Assembly (NCBI RefSeq): GCF_018350175.1
Contig: NC_058382.1
Location: 52,206,001-52,270,000, forward strand
Source of the DNA: Felis catus
Taxonomy: Eukaryota
Direction: 5' to 3'
Length of the DNA: 64,000 bases
Part shown: in pieces, positions 36,893 to 48,940 of the stretch
Numbering within the stretch: position 1 is the stretch's first letter
Layout: every line of letters starts with the position of its first letter
Program-made: the position numbers and the translations under genes
Notes under the pieces: generated by a model
Told to the model about the DNA's origin: nothing
The model's database searches: none
Seen by the model: the letters and a program-made list of their open reading frames with translations, nothing else

Positions 36893-37791
36893 CCGCTGGG
36901 CCGGAGGATGTGGTGTGATGGCGAACTCGTTGTCTGTAGTTTTAAGACGATACCGCACTTGGTGAACAACATGAGTGAGAGCTTGCTGATGTTCGAGACC
37001 GCCTCTGATCCCACCTTCTGGTCGCTGTAACCTCATTCTCAATGACTCGCGTCTCCGTTGCAAGTTATGAGCTCGGCCCCATTTTGTCTTATAGATAGGA
37101 GTGTGGACCGAGGCCAGTGAGTCCCTAAGATTTTTCTTCCTTCTTCTTCTTTGCCATTCTGAAGACTGTTCGGGGACTTCAGAGCGATTCCTATCCCACG
37201 TACTCAGTTCCACGTGGGGAGAAGAAGACACTTCTCTCTCAAAACCCCGGTGGCCGAGGTGGTAGCTGAGCTGATGGTCACCACTTGGAAGCGTTCGTGT
37301 TCTCAAATGGAGTCAAGTGGGCCTTCAGGGCTGTGTATGCGCCATCTAAGTATCAGAGACGTGCCTCTGTCATTCCAGGGCTGCCATGGATAGGGTCCCT
37401 GCAGCAAGGGAGGGGGTGGAGGAGTGATCCACATGCCCAACACGGAGAGGCTAAATGACAGTCCCTGGGAGCCTTTTCTTGAAACCCCTTTTGCATTTTT
37501 GCACCACCAGAGTTCTGGAAGGGCGAGAATAATTCTGAGGAAGCAGGCACACATTGTCAAGCTGCTGTGGAAACTTAGAAAGCTGCAGGACGCCTGGCTG
37601 CATCAGCTTAGCCAAAACTGTGGCCATAGCAGTGTGCCTGGCTCACGGGTAGGGGGTATCATGTAAGCTTTTAGGTGAGGTGGAGAGGCATGTCTATTTC
37701 AAGAATATTCGAAGAAACAGGAATGTTTCAAGAAGCATCTTGCTTCTGCTTCTGCTCAAAATAGTTCACAGACATTTCTCTCTCTTCATTT

Positions 37792-38034
37792 TTCTTTTTA
37801 TATGAATATATATATTTTTAATGTTTATTCGTTTTTGAGAGACAGAGCGAGAGAGAAAGAGACGGAGTGCAAGCAGGGGAGGGGCAAAGTGAGAGGGACA
37901 CACAGAATTCGAAGCAGGTTCCAGGCTCTGAGCTGTCAGCACAGAGCCCGACATGGGGCTCAAACCCACAAACCGCGAGATTATGACCTAAACTGAAGTT
38001 GGATGCTCAACCGATTGAGCCACCCAGGAGGCCC
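37792..38034 (-). mobile_element. Can-SINE (SINEC_Fc-like)
   Basis: Canonical body; TSD approximately TCTCT(C/T)TCTTCATTTT. Confidence 0.95.
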
Positions 38035-38111
38035 ATCTCTTTCTTCATTTTTCAAGAAGAGCCAGGAATTTAGACTGGTAATGTGAAATCTCCCATTAAA
38101 AATGTATGACT

Positions 38112-38320
38112 GGAGGCACCTGGGTGGTTCAGTTGGTGAGCCAAAGCCTCCGACTTCAGCTCAGGTCATGATCTCATGGGTTCCAGCCCTGCATTGGACT
38201 CTGTGCTGACAGCTCCAAGCTTGGAGCCTGCTTTGGATTTTGTGTCCCCCTTTCTCACTGCCTGTTCTCCACTCGTGCCCTGTCTGTCTCTCTCTCAAAA
38301 ATCTTAAAAAAATTTTTTCA
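38112..38320 (+). mobile_element. Can-SINE
   Basis: GGCACCTGGGTGGTTCAG...CTGTGCTGACAGCTC; TSD approximately AAATGTAT. Confidence 0.93.
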
Positions 38321-38332
38321 GAAATGTATACC

Positions 38333-38833
38333 TGTGTTCCTTTCTTATTTTTGATATCGCAAATTTTCATCAACTCAGTGGCTTAAAGCAACATAAAGTT
38401 ATCATCTTACACATCTGGAGGTCAGAAGTTAGAATGGGTGTCAGAGGGCAAAAAGCAACGTGTCAGCAGGCCTGCATTCCTTTCTGGAGGCTCCAGGGGA
38501 GAATCCACATCTTTGCTTGTTCCAGCTGCCCCCATTCCTTGGCTTGTGGGCCCTTCCTATGTCTTCAAAGTCAGCAGTTGGGTGGTCAGGTCCTTCTCAA
38601 ACTGACACCTCCCTCGTTCTCTCTCTTCTGCCTCTTAGTTTTGAGGACCCCCGTGATTGCATTGGGCTCTCCCTGATAATCCAGGCAAATCTCTCTATCA
38701 TAAAGTTGGCTAATTAGCGACTTTAGTTCCATCTGGAACCTCGGTTACTTTGCCTTGTAACCTAAAACATTCATGGGTTCCAAGGATTAGGACATGGGCC
38801 TCTTCAGCTGGGGGGATCATCCTGCTCACCACA
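38333..38833 (-). mobile_element. MaLR solo LTR, MLT1D-like
   Basis: AACTCAGTGGCTTAAAGCAACA...CTGGAGGTCAGAAG...CTGGAGGCTCCAGGGGAGAATCC...GGATTAGGACATGG...ACCACA; about 500 bp. Confidence 0.9.
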
Positions 38834-39177
38834 GTCCCTATGATGTATATTCCCCTTCAAGAATGCCTGGGTCCTAAATTTCTTTGGTACCCCCTAGTGC
38901 CTACCAGAGTGGATTTTTGGGGATTGGTTGATGGTTGAATGTCCACCCCATAAAGGATTGGACAGGAGTGGACAAGAGAGATCAATTATAACAGTAGCTT
39001 TTAGTTTTAGCCTTTAAAGATTAAAAAGATTTTTTTTAAACTCCTCTCACTTAATTGAAAAGCAGTCTTGGAAGCTGCATGGAATGGGTAATTTATTTCC
39101 GTTTCTTTTCTCGTAAACTAATAACACTGAGATTTTCGTGTGAGGGGTAGGTAACATAAGACCCGTTTTCCCTTCTT

Positions 39178-39404
39178 TTTTTTTTTTTTAATTTTTTTTT
39201 CCAACATTTATTTATTTTTGGGACAGAGAGAGACAGAGCATGAACGGGGGAGGGGCAGAGAGAGAGGGAGACACAGAATCGGGAACAGGCTCCAGGCTCT
39301 GAGCCATCAGCCCAGAGCCTGACGTGGGGCTCGAACTCGCAGACCGCGAGATCGTGACCTGGCTGAAGTTGGACGCTTAACCGACTGCGCCACCCAGGCG
39401 CCCC
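39178..39404 (-). mobile_element. Young feline Can-SINE (SINEC_Fc-type)
   Basis: GGGACAGAGAGAGACAGAGCATGAACGGGGG...GACCGCGAGATCGTGACCTGGCTGAAG...CCGACTGCGCCACCCAGGCGCCCC; TSD TTCCCTTCTT. Confidence 0.97.
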
Positions 39405-40299
39405 TTCCCTTCTTCTTTGTACCTGTCTGTGGTCAACCTCTCCAGTCATCCAGCTTCCCAGCCCATGAGCTACTTGGTCCTTTCCCCAAACTTGCTTCAT
39501 ACCATCTGTGGAGGCAAACCTCACTGCTTCTTTGCAGAGAGGATTTGAGACTGCTGATGCAGGATCCGTGCACAAAATCACAGGAGAAAAAGGAACCCAG
39601 AAAATCAGGTGCATCAGGAGTTAGAGCCCCATCCAAATATCTGGGCCTAAGATACCGGGCCGTTTACGAGTAGATCTTGCCTGTGGGCTGAAGAGCTCCC
39701 GGAGAGCCTCCTAGGGTCCAAGGGAAGAAGGAGAACACAGTCCCCTGCATCGATCAGTGAGGACGAATTGTCCAGCAGCCCTGACACCGATGTTCAGTCA
39801 GTAATCAACTGGCTGTCCTTCCTCCTCCTGCTGGAGCCGGTCGGGACCAGAATGGCAGCCCAGTGCCTTTCTGAAGGAGTCTGTGCTTTTTCCCCTACAG
39901 GTCTTTAAGAAAGGTGGGGGGGGGGGGGGCATTTACCAATGTTCAGAGACGTGGGCATGTAATTTTTTTTTTTTTTTGCTTTTATTTGAGTCGGGGGGAT
40001 ATTATTAAGAGTAAGAAACACAGCTCTCTGCCTTCGTGAGTTACAGTCTGCAGCTCAGGTTTGAGAAGATCTTAAAGACTTATTAAAAAGGAGCAGGGCA
40101 ACTTGCCTTTGCTAGGAGCCACCTCACCTGCAGGCCGGTTCCGCAAGGTCAGCACTTAGCAGGGAAGTTGCACAGCCTGGGCTCCGATGGCTTTCACTTT
40201 CCCCGTGCCCTTGCTGCGGTGCCGACCTGTCAGGGTCCTCGTAACATTCCTCGGCGATGGCTTCTTCTGTTCTCTTTATTTCCTCAAGTGAACATCTGT

Positions 40300-41100
40300 C
40301 TAATTGTTCACCGCCATTGCTTTAGTGCTTTCCTCATGCTTTCTCTCTTTCCAGACAATAAACTTTATTTTCTTCATAAGAATTCAGTCTACGCAAGGGG
40401 ATTAGGCAGCTTGTTTGCACCTTTTAATTTCTGGACGTTTTCCAGGAAGGCTCTTTGCAGTGGTTCCAATGGGTTCATCTGTGAATCACGGAAGACAATG
40501 CAGCATTGTGTTTGGTGTTTTATCAGTTACCTTCTGTTTGTAAACATCTGTTTGCAAACGTCTGCGGGTGCCTGCCCCACCCCCGCCAGAAATAAAGGGT
40601 CTCCTCTTTTTGCTTGGCATAGGGATTAGACCGAGTGTCAGCTGATGCTTTTTTTTTCTTTTTTGGTCAGGTGCATAGGTATGCAACTATTTAACTGAAA
40701 TCCACAGACCTAGCACATATTGCCAAATGACTTTGGAGAGGGAATCGGGCACTTTATTTCATTAATGGCCGTGAAGCCCGGTAATCTGCTCATTATTGTA
40801 GTTTAATTTTGATGCCGACCTTGATGATGTATTGAAAAACCACATAAACCCGCAATTACAACTGGAAAACATTCCCTTTTTTTTTTTTTTTTTTGAAGAG
40901 ACCATTATTTTTCATAGGCTTAAAAATACTCAGCCAGCCACTGTTTGTGCTTTTTAATGCATTTTATTCTTAATCTTTCTGAATTATTTTTTGGTATATC
41001 TTTACCGATAAATATGTGGATTTCATTTTTTTTGACCGGTGTAAGAATGTTCTTAGGTAAGTTATGTAAACTATTTACACAGTTTTGTAATTATTGATCT
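40300..41100. promoter_or_regulatory. Candidate conserved non-coding element
   Basis: Repeat-free, AT-rich complex sequence with TAAT/CATTAAT/CAATTA motifs and strong splice-like signals. Confidence 0.4.
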
Positions 41101-41174
41101 GTTCCCTTCTAGTTCTGTTCATTTATGTTTCTTATTTTTCATGTTTTTGTGCTTTACTATACGGCCTGCTTTTA

Positions 41175-41413
41175 TTTTTTTATTTTATTTTTTTAAAAAT
41201 TTTTTTTTTTCAACGTTTATTTATTTTTGGGACAGAGAGAGACAGAGCATGAACAGGGGAGGGTCAGAGAGAGAGGGAGACACAGAATGGGAAACAGGCT
41301 CCAGGCTCTGAGCCATCAGCCCAGAGCCTGACGCGGGGCTCGAACTCCGGGACCGCGAGATCGTGACCTGGCTGAAGTTGGACGCTTAACCGACTGCGCC
41401 ACCCAGGCGCCCC
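41175..41413 (-). mobile_element. Young feline Can-SINE (SINEC_Fc-type)
   Basis: Same diagnostics as the copy at 39178; perfect 16-bp TSD ATACGGCCTGCTTTTA at 41159-41174 and 41415-41430. Confidence 0.97.
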
Positions 41414-42337
41414 GATACGGCCTGCTTTTAAAAAAAAAAAACAATTTTTGGTTAGGGAATTTCAAATATATTCACAAGTAAAGAGGGTAATATAATAATG
41501 AGTCCACATATGCCAGTCAGCCTGCTTCAACGATTAGGAAACTGTTTTTCTTTGTTCAGCCCTTGTTCTTGCGTGTTTGTGTGCTTGTGTGCGTAAGTAT
41601 GTGTGCGTTAGTATACACGTGTGTGTGCACATATATGAATATATTGTTCCGTGAGTTTAAATAAAATTTTGCTTAAAATAAGAGTAAAGCCCATCTAAGT
41701 AGTGAAAACTAAAAGCTCTGTTACGCAAAGCTTGATTTTTCTCGTGGATTTGTGGGCATGTGGGAGAATCTCAGTCCCCCTTCAGGGCGGGAAGAGCCAT
41801 CGTGGTCCCTGGTCTCGTCGCCCTAAACTTAATCTCCAGTGCTCTGCCTGAAGCATAAGCAGAGCCGGGCAGCAGGGCAAAGAGGTGGTGCTCTTTGAAA
41901 GACTCTCACATGGAAACTGAAGTTCCCCTGCGGGTGTGTGGCCTGGGTGGGGCCCTTCCAATCAGAGGTTACACGGCTGATTTCTAAAGGAAGCCAGCCT
42001 GTTGGTGTCCACACCCATTTTCTCTCAATTCCATTTGCGTTTTCTGAGACCTGATTGTGGAGATATGGGAGTAGCTGTTTGAAGGCCAAGAGAGGGGTAC
42101 TTACTGGTCGGGGGACACGGGGCATAGACTTTGCTTTCTCTCCTGGGATGCAGATATGGCCCCAGTGGTTATTATCACAGTAAAGGTCCCTGATGTCTGA
42201 CAGTCCTGCCTGTGACGGGGGGCACTTGGGTTGGTAATTGGCTCCCTGGATGGTGCTGTGATGATAATATGGATGCCACTGCTAGATTCTGCTGAGACCT
42301 GATCTAGGGAGGGGCACAGCTGTCCCACTTTCCCAGC

Positions 42338-42482
42338 GCACACATGCACATATGCACACACACGGACATAGGTATGGACACACACACGTACACACATGCA
42401 CACAGGTATAGACACGCACACGGACACAGGTACAGACACGCACACGCACAGACATACACACAGGCACACGCACTCGCATCCA
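42338..42482. repeat. Degenerate (CA/CACG)-rich low-complexity repeat
   Basis: Largely alternating purine-pyrimidine CACACG/CAGACA units. Confidence 0.85.
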
Positions 42483-42679
42483 TGACTATGAGAGGCCTGC
42501 CTGATCCGTCTTGCCCCGCCTCTCATGGCCACCTTTCTTCCCATTAGTGCTTGTGTTTTCCCTTAGGCTAAGAGCAGGTCTGGATGCCTTCAACATGTAA
42601 CCTTTCTGAAACCTTGTCTTTGTGATGTGATCATAACCTTGATATTAGGGTTAGGGATGCGCATAAGAAAAAACAGGCC

Positions 42680-42910
42680 TGGAACACATTTATGGACTGT
42701 TTATTCCATGCTAAGCTTTCCCTTGCACGTTATCCTTCATATTCAACATGCTTTGTGGATGATTTATGCTCATTATCTAACTCAGTGTTGGGTATATATA
42801 ATTACCCCACTCACCTGGGGCTCAGGAAGCTTGGTGAATCACCCAGCATGGCACTGCTCACCAAGGGCAGAATTCAGATACGACTTGGTTAGGACTGACT
42901 TCTCTGGCTG
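42680..42910 (-). mobile_element. MIR SINE (degenerate)
   Basis: ACATTTATGGACTG...CTGGGGCTCAGGAAGCTTGGTGAATCACCCAG...GAATTCAGA. Confidence 0.45.
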
Positions 42911-43339
42911 TGGTTTCTTCCCTGAGGACAGGAAGCCCTACTGATCCTGTGGTCAGTAAGTACTGCTTCCTTTGGGTCCCTTGTATACCTGAGGGTTTGT
43001 TTCCTCGAGGGTCTGAGTTATGCCTTAGGGCTGGACATCGTATTCATGCGTGGGCCACACGCAGGATAACCTTCTGGATACTCTTAGAAATGACTTCTTT
43101 ATTTAAAAAAAAAATGTGCCCAGGATCGAATTTTAACTAGTATAGAAAAATCAAAATGACTAGGCTCTTCCCAGTATCTGTTAAACATCAGCCTTCTGCT
43201 AAAAGATAACCTGTTGAGTGTCGTTCCAGGAAAAAAAGATGCCTACACCCGCAGTCAATTGATTCATGTATATTATATATTCACATATAATATGTATCTA
43301 TTTAGTCAAATTGGAACACTGCTGATAAATTGTTTCCTG

Positions 43340-43527
43340 ATTGAAAACTAGTGTATTTTTATAAATTTCACAATTATACTTAGTTACATGTGCATAGATA
43401 AGGAGGAAGAAGTTCTTCTGAGTCTCAGAAGCAATCATTATTAACTTCATGTGTTATCTCTTTTGTCTTCTAAACATTCAGATATGTTGATCTATTTTTC
43501 TTAAAATGGTAATCACACTCCAGTCTG

Positions 43528-43568
<41 letters not shown>

Positions 43569-43900
43569 CAACCTAGTTTGGCCATCTTTCCATACCGATA
43601 ACAATCCTCTGCAAGTATGGTCCCAGTGACTCCACATTCTGCCTTCCTGACTTCTTAAATGAATCCCCTATTGCTGGGCACAGATGCTGTTTTCAATTTT
43701 TCAGAGTCCTGAACAATGCCACTGCTTTACCTGGATGAAGTGAAGCTTTTAAATGCAAATTGGTCATTCTTCTTCAGAAAGGTGGCTTCCATTTACACTC
43801 TGTTTGCAGTTTTCGGGGAGGGTCTTTTCCCCACACCTTCAGCATCACTTTGGGGTTATCATTTTATGATTTGTGTTACTTGCCAGATGAGCATTTCTCT
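43340..43900 (-). mobile_element. Old L1ME-like fragment containing a T36 run (43529-43564)
   Basis: CAGAAGCAATCATTATTAAC...CCCCTATTGCTGGGCA...TCAGAAAGGTGGCTTCCATTTACACTC. Confidence 0.6.
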
Positions 43901-44339
43901 CCGTTTCATTGATGAGGGGGCCTTTGTCCCAGTCTTCGTCAACGTCAAGGAACAGAAAGTTGAACAAAAAGTTTTCACGTTTTACATAAAATCCTTTAAA
44001 GCTCTCAGGGTAATCTGTAACCTAGGGTGTGCAAATTAAGTTTTTTTCCTGCACTTAATCCTTATTAAAGCACCAATCATTAGGGCCCCCAAACTGGTAT
44101 AAGGAGAGTGCTTAGGGAACTTCAGAGATCGATAGTTGGTACTTAGGAAATAAATGAAACAACTTTTTGCTTGTTTGTTTTAAATCCACCTTGGAGCCGA
44201 AAGATAGAAAGATGTGAAATGATTTAGATTGTGTGTTTCTCAGCATTTCATAGGTTCTATATTGAAAGAGGATTTTAAAAATATATTTAGCATGTATGAA
44301 GTGTCATAAAGCCTAGAGAGATGCATATAAAAATATTAA

Positions 44340-44552
44340 AAATTTTTTTTAACGTTTATTTATTTTTGAGAGAGATAGAGAGTGAGCGAGCCAGCAGGGG
44401 AGGGGCAGAGAGAGGGGGACAGAGTTTCTGAAGCGAGCTCCACGTTGTAAGCGCAAAGCCCAATTCAGAGCTTGAACTCAGGATAGTGAGATCACGACCT
44501 GATCCGAAATCAAGAGTCAGCCGCTTAACTGACCAAGCCAACCAGGGGCCCC
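44340..44552 (-). mobile_element. Can-SINE
   Basis: GAGATCACGACCTGATCCGAAATCAAGAGTCAGCCGCTTAACTGAC. Confidence 0.92.
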
Positions 44553-45161
44553 TAAAAAAATGTGTTACTAATTTGAGTTTTCACTGGAGGTGGTGGTGGT
44601 GGTGGGGACTCTACCTCCCAGTAGATATAAAGGTATGCGTGAGAGGCCCTCATTTTAAGAAGCTTCTAAGATGGCCTGAGAGACACGTGAGGAAGCCAAC
44701 GTTCTGTGCTGGGTTCTTTCATCCCTGCTTCCCGCAGGGAACTGTGGGAGAGTCTAGCATGATGCCATACTCAACCTGGAGCAGTCAGAGGAGACTTCTT
44801 GGAAGAGGTGACCATGAGCTTGATTTTGGTTTGACACTCCACTGTTGTAGGGGCTTAATTTTGTCTCTGGGGTATTGATAGGATTCTGTGAGGGAGACAG
44901 TGCCCATTTTGTAAACTTTCATTGTCTCAGTATTCAGTCATTAGTAAGTAGTTTTAAATGGGCTTGGTTAGTAGTTCCCAGAATTCTGCGTTTCAAGAGG
45001 ATAAACTTTTTCAGAAGAAGATAAAAATGAGAATACAAACTTGGGCTTGCCAAACAGGTATTACTTTTTTCCCCCAAGAAAGGACAGTAAAAACAGCAGC
45101 AACAACAGCAACAATTAACAACAAAATGTAACAATATGCCTCTATCAACAATCAGCATTAC

Positions 45162-45214
<53 letters not shown>

Positions 45215-45449
45215 GTATATATATATGTGTATATATATATATATTTTAAATGTTTATTTATTTTTGAGAGACAGAGACAGAGCATGAGCAGGGGAAGGGC
45301 AGAGAGAGAGGGAGACACAGAATCTGAAACAGGCTTCAGGCTCCGAGCTGTCAGCACAGAGCCTGATGCAGGGCTTGAACTGACAAACCATGAGATCATG
45401 ACCTGAGCTGAAGTCGGATGCTTTACCGACTGAGCCACCCAGGCACCCC
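45162..45449 (-). mobile_element. Can-SINE with (TA)n tail (about 45164-45244)
   Basis: Canonical body; TSD AATCA(G/A)CATTAC at 45150-45161 and 45450-45461. Confidence 0.96.
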
Positions 45450-45537
45450 AATCAACATTACTTGATAAAACAAAGGGGATTTTAACACCAAACATTGTGA
45501 GGACATAGGCCTACTCTAAAGGCATATTTCATTTAAT

Positions 45538-46465
45538 GAACTTTTTATTTGGAACTAATTTTAGACTCACACAGAAGTTATAAAAATAGTATAGAGAGTT
45601 CACTTCCTTCCCCTGGTTTTGACAGTTCATCTAACCATAACATAACTGTTGAAACCAGGAAATCAACACTGGTACGTGCTCTCGGCTGCACTACGTTACT
45701 CAAATTGCACCTATTTCCCCTACTATCTTTTTAAAAATTTTAGTATCTTGTCCAGGATCCCACATCATCTTTAGTTGTAGTGTACCCTTGTTTCCTCCAG
45801 TCTTTGACAGTTCATTATTCCTTCCAAGTCCTTCCTAATGTTGACAATCTTGTGTGTCTCATTTTTTTTTTTTTGGTCCCGATTAGATTGAGTTTAATAT
45901 TTCAGCCAGAATTTCATAGAAGTAACGTTTTATCCTCAGTACATCACATCAGGGCATACACGATGTTGATAGCCTTATCACCAGCGATGTTCATAGTGAA
46001 GTAACGTTGATCATTTGGTTAAGGTGGTATATGCTGAGTTTCTCCAGTGTAATGTTACCAGGTTTTTTTTTTCCTTAATTCATAAATATTTGGGGGGAGA
46101 CGCTTTGAGATTGTGCGAATGTTCTTTCTCCGTAAGTATGGACACGCTGACCTACCTTTAACATTCAAGAGTAGATCTCGTCAGCAGCAGTGAATAACTG
46201 TGATGTTTGCCTAATGATGGATTTGTATTTCCATCATGTTTTTTCCACGTATTAAATTGGACTTCTCCTGAAGTAAGAGCTATCCCTTTTCCTCCACTTA
46301 CTGATCGAGTCCGTTATTTTACTTATAATAGCGTAGACTCATGGGTCTATATTTTATTCTGTGGTGTATAATCCAGTATTATCATTATTTATTTTGTTGC
46401 TCACATGGCCCCAGCTTTAGACATTAAGGGTGTCTCCTGGCTGGCTTCTGTGATGGACTGCCATT
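45538..46465 (-). mobile_element. L1MC4/5-like 3' fragment
   Basis: TAATTTTAGACTCACACAGAAGTTATAAAAATAGTATAGAGAGTTC...TTGATCATTTGGTTAAGGTGGT...ATTTTGTTGCTCAC. Confidence 0.8.
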
Positions 46466-46809
46466 TTAATTGAGTGGACTTACCTTCTCACTAAATTCCT
46501 CCAAGCTCCCCATTTTTTATTTCATATCGCCATGGGCTAGTGAAAACAGTCGGAGGTCTAGTATTTGGGACACACTGGCCTAGGGAGTGCAAGGGGAGTC
46601 ATGGGAACATGCTTAGTGCCCAATTTGTGTCTCGTTCCCTCATCTTTAGAAATAACAAGAGAGAAGACATAGGAAAGTGGTGATGGGAACGTGAAGCAGG
46701 ATCAAGAAAGAATACATTGACGTAGTACCTTCGAGAAGGGCACTTATTTCTTTCAGGATTAGAAGGGATTTGGTAGTGGTGGTGGGGTTCCCAGGGAGCA
46801 GTGTAGCTC

Positions 46810-47010
46810 ATCAAGAACTTACTATGTGCCAAGCAGGTGCTGGGCCATATAGGCTACAAGCATAGTCTTATCTAACCCTGTTATGATCTTACAGTGGAGG
46901 AGACATAAATATTATGGCTTCACAGATGGGAGGAGTGAGGGTCCAGGGTTCCAAGAGGTCAAAACACATGAAGGAATTGGTGGAATTGGGATTGTATCTT
47001 AGTCACCTGT
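46810..47010 (-). mobile_element. MIR SINE
   Basis: ACTTACTATGTGCCAAGCA...TTCACAGATGGGAGGAGTGAGG. Confidence 0.5.
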
Positions 47011-47899
47011 CCCCAGGGACTGTCTCTGTGCACTTTTTACAAACTCGTGGCTTAGCACCGGGACAGGGGCTGGGGAGAAAATTTCCTGCCTGTTTTCTGA
47101 TGACGGTGCCACCCCCGTTCACTCCCCACCACAAAAACCTTTCTATTCATTGTATCATGGGAAAAGAAAAATACCTTCCTTTGTGGTAATCCCTGCTGTG
47201 TGTGTGTGTGTGTGTGTGTATTTCTTCACCCTTGTATGTAATCTGTGGATTTAAATGTATTTGTATATTCCTGTCATTCTATCTCAAATCTTGCTTTTAG
47301 AGCATGCCAAGTGTGGGGAGTTTTAATTTGCAGTGATTTCACGAGAACTCTGCACCTGAGAGCCCAGAAGAGAAAGTGTTCCCCTTTCTAGTGAATCTCC
47401 TTGGCCACCGCTGGTCCTGTCTTCTACTAGCCCTCCCGTCTTCACCACCCCTCAACCAGTTAGAGGCAAAGGCATGGGCTCCGGAAGAGATACCACCCAC
47501 AGCCTGGTACACAAACCGTCTGGCTCACAGCTGAGGTGGTAGAGGTTCTGGGGCGGGCAGGAACTCGCCCAAGGTCACAGAAGGAGTCAGGGGAGAGCCC
47601 AACTGAGAAGCCAGGGGTGTGCCCTCCTGACCACCTTTCCACCATCTTGCTGTGGTGGCTGCTCACGAATGCCTGTCACTGCCGCCACTGTCTGACTGTC
47701 CAAGTGTCTGGAAGGAATTCTTCAGAATGGTCTCTTAATAATAAATGCTTACATTTTCTCTTGGCCCCAGGCCAAATCCCTCTTCTCAATCTTGTTCTCA
47801 AGGTTGAACATTCCTTTGAAGTTAGTGACCTTGCCCTTATAGGCCTGTGGATGTCGCTCTGTGTCCATAAGCCTCCTTCCCAGCGACCGTGTTTGTAGC

Positions 47900-48480
47900 A
47901 AAGACTATAATTTTATTTTGGGTTTGGATATACTGATTACATTTTAGCTTCTGGTATATTTTCTTACCTGTCACAGCCATGAAATTTATTTTAATAGTTA
48001 CTCTACCCTCCTGATAGCCAGGAAAGGGGGAATTGGATATTGTCTATCAATCGGCTAGTCTGTGAACTAAGACTATATCTAATTACAAGGCATTGTATCA
48101 GTTCTGATTTATTAACCATTTACTGTGCTTCGGAGAAGGTAGCACTTTTAGTGGCTCTGTTCAGCTTGGAGGTAGCTTTCCAGGAGGGCAGAGTGCCCGG
48201 AATATCAGTGATCTTACAGTTATTACTTTGTGTCATATATAATCTTGTTTTTTCCCTGCAACAAATAAATCTTTGGGACTCCCTGAAAAAAAAAAAGGGA
48301 AAAAAAAACATTTGTGGTTACAGTATAATAAAAATAAACCGTTTGTCATGAGTGCAACTGACATTTATCAGCCCGTTTGTGGGTGCTCTTTCTCTCTCTC
48401 TATAATACAGAACATAATTTGTCACTTTGTAAATACATTCCAGTCTAAATCCCTGCCAGCATCTGTTAGTGTTTGAAGGA
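47900..48480. promoter_or_regulatory. Candidate conserved non-coding element
   Basis: Repeat-free; CTAATTAC, TGATTTATTAA, ATCAATC, CATTGT, TGTAAATA motifs. Confidence 0.35.
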
Positions 48481-48759
48481 TTAATGTGCTACCCTGTGTA
48501 TGTCTGCACTTGCAGGGAACAGTGCAGCATATGATTATGGATCTTGGGAGAAAGGGGAATGGGGTATTTTCTCTGCTTTTTTTCTACACGTGTGGTCTTT
48601 CTGGACTTTTCCCGAGTGTTCTTACCCTTTTCCCATTCTGCTTAGGTACCTAGAATTTCATCATTTGCAAGGATTCTGACAGCCTTCAACCTTTCCTCTC
48701 CAGTTTACGGTCACGGCCATCGTAATAGCCTGTGTGTATCGTGGGCGAGCAGGTGGCAG

Positions 48760-48940
48760 ATGATTTGGGACCAGTTAGACCTGGTTCATATCCTCCCTAC
48801 ATCTGATTTTATGACTAAAAGTTACCTGATTTTCATTTTCTCGTGGCATAAAGATGCTAATACCTACTTCCTAAAGGTGCTAAGGGTGAAGAAGGAAATC
48901 CGTGTGGCTGCAAAGCACCTGGCTGGAAACCTGGCCCTGA
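48760..48940 (+). mobile_element. MIR SINE (degenerate)
   Basis: AGACCTGGTTCA...TTTTCTCGTGGCATAAAGATGCTAATACCTACTTCCTAAAGG...AAAGCACCTGGC. Confidence 0.55.

Noticed and set aside
36743..37306. Longest ORF in the track (187 aa, minus strand)
   Set aside because: Its C-terminal part runs through an antisense Can-SINE; no recognisable domain or exon context
39093..39614. 173-aa ORF, and similar ORFs at 3221-3703, 45163-45495 and 52203-52460
   Set aside because: Read-through of Can-SINE sequence (GAWVAQSVK / SLSLCPSP-type peptides); artefacts
40168..40629. 153-aa ORF in unique sequence
   Set aside because: Non-ATG start, Phe/Cys/Leu-rich composition typical of non-coding DNA, no recognisable family
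43529..43564. T36 run as the tail of a retrocopy
   Set aside because: Lies inside an old L1 fragment at an already T-rich position, with no TSD or attached body; probably slippage expansion
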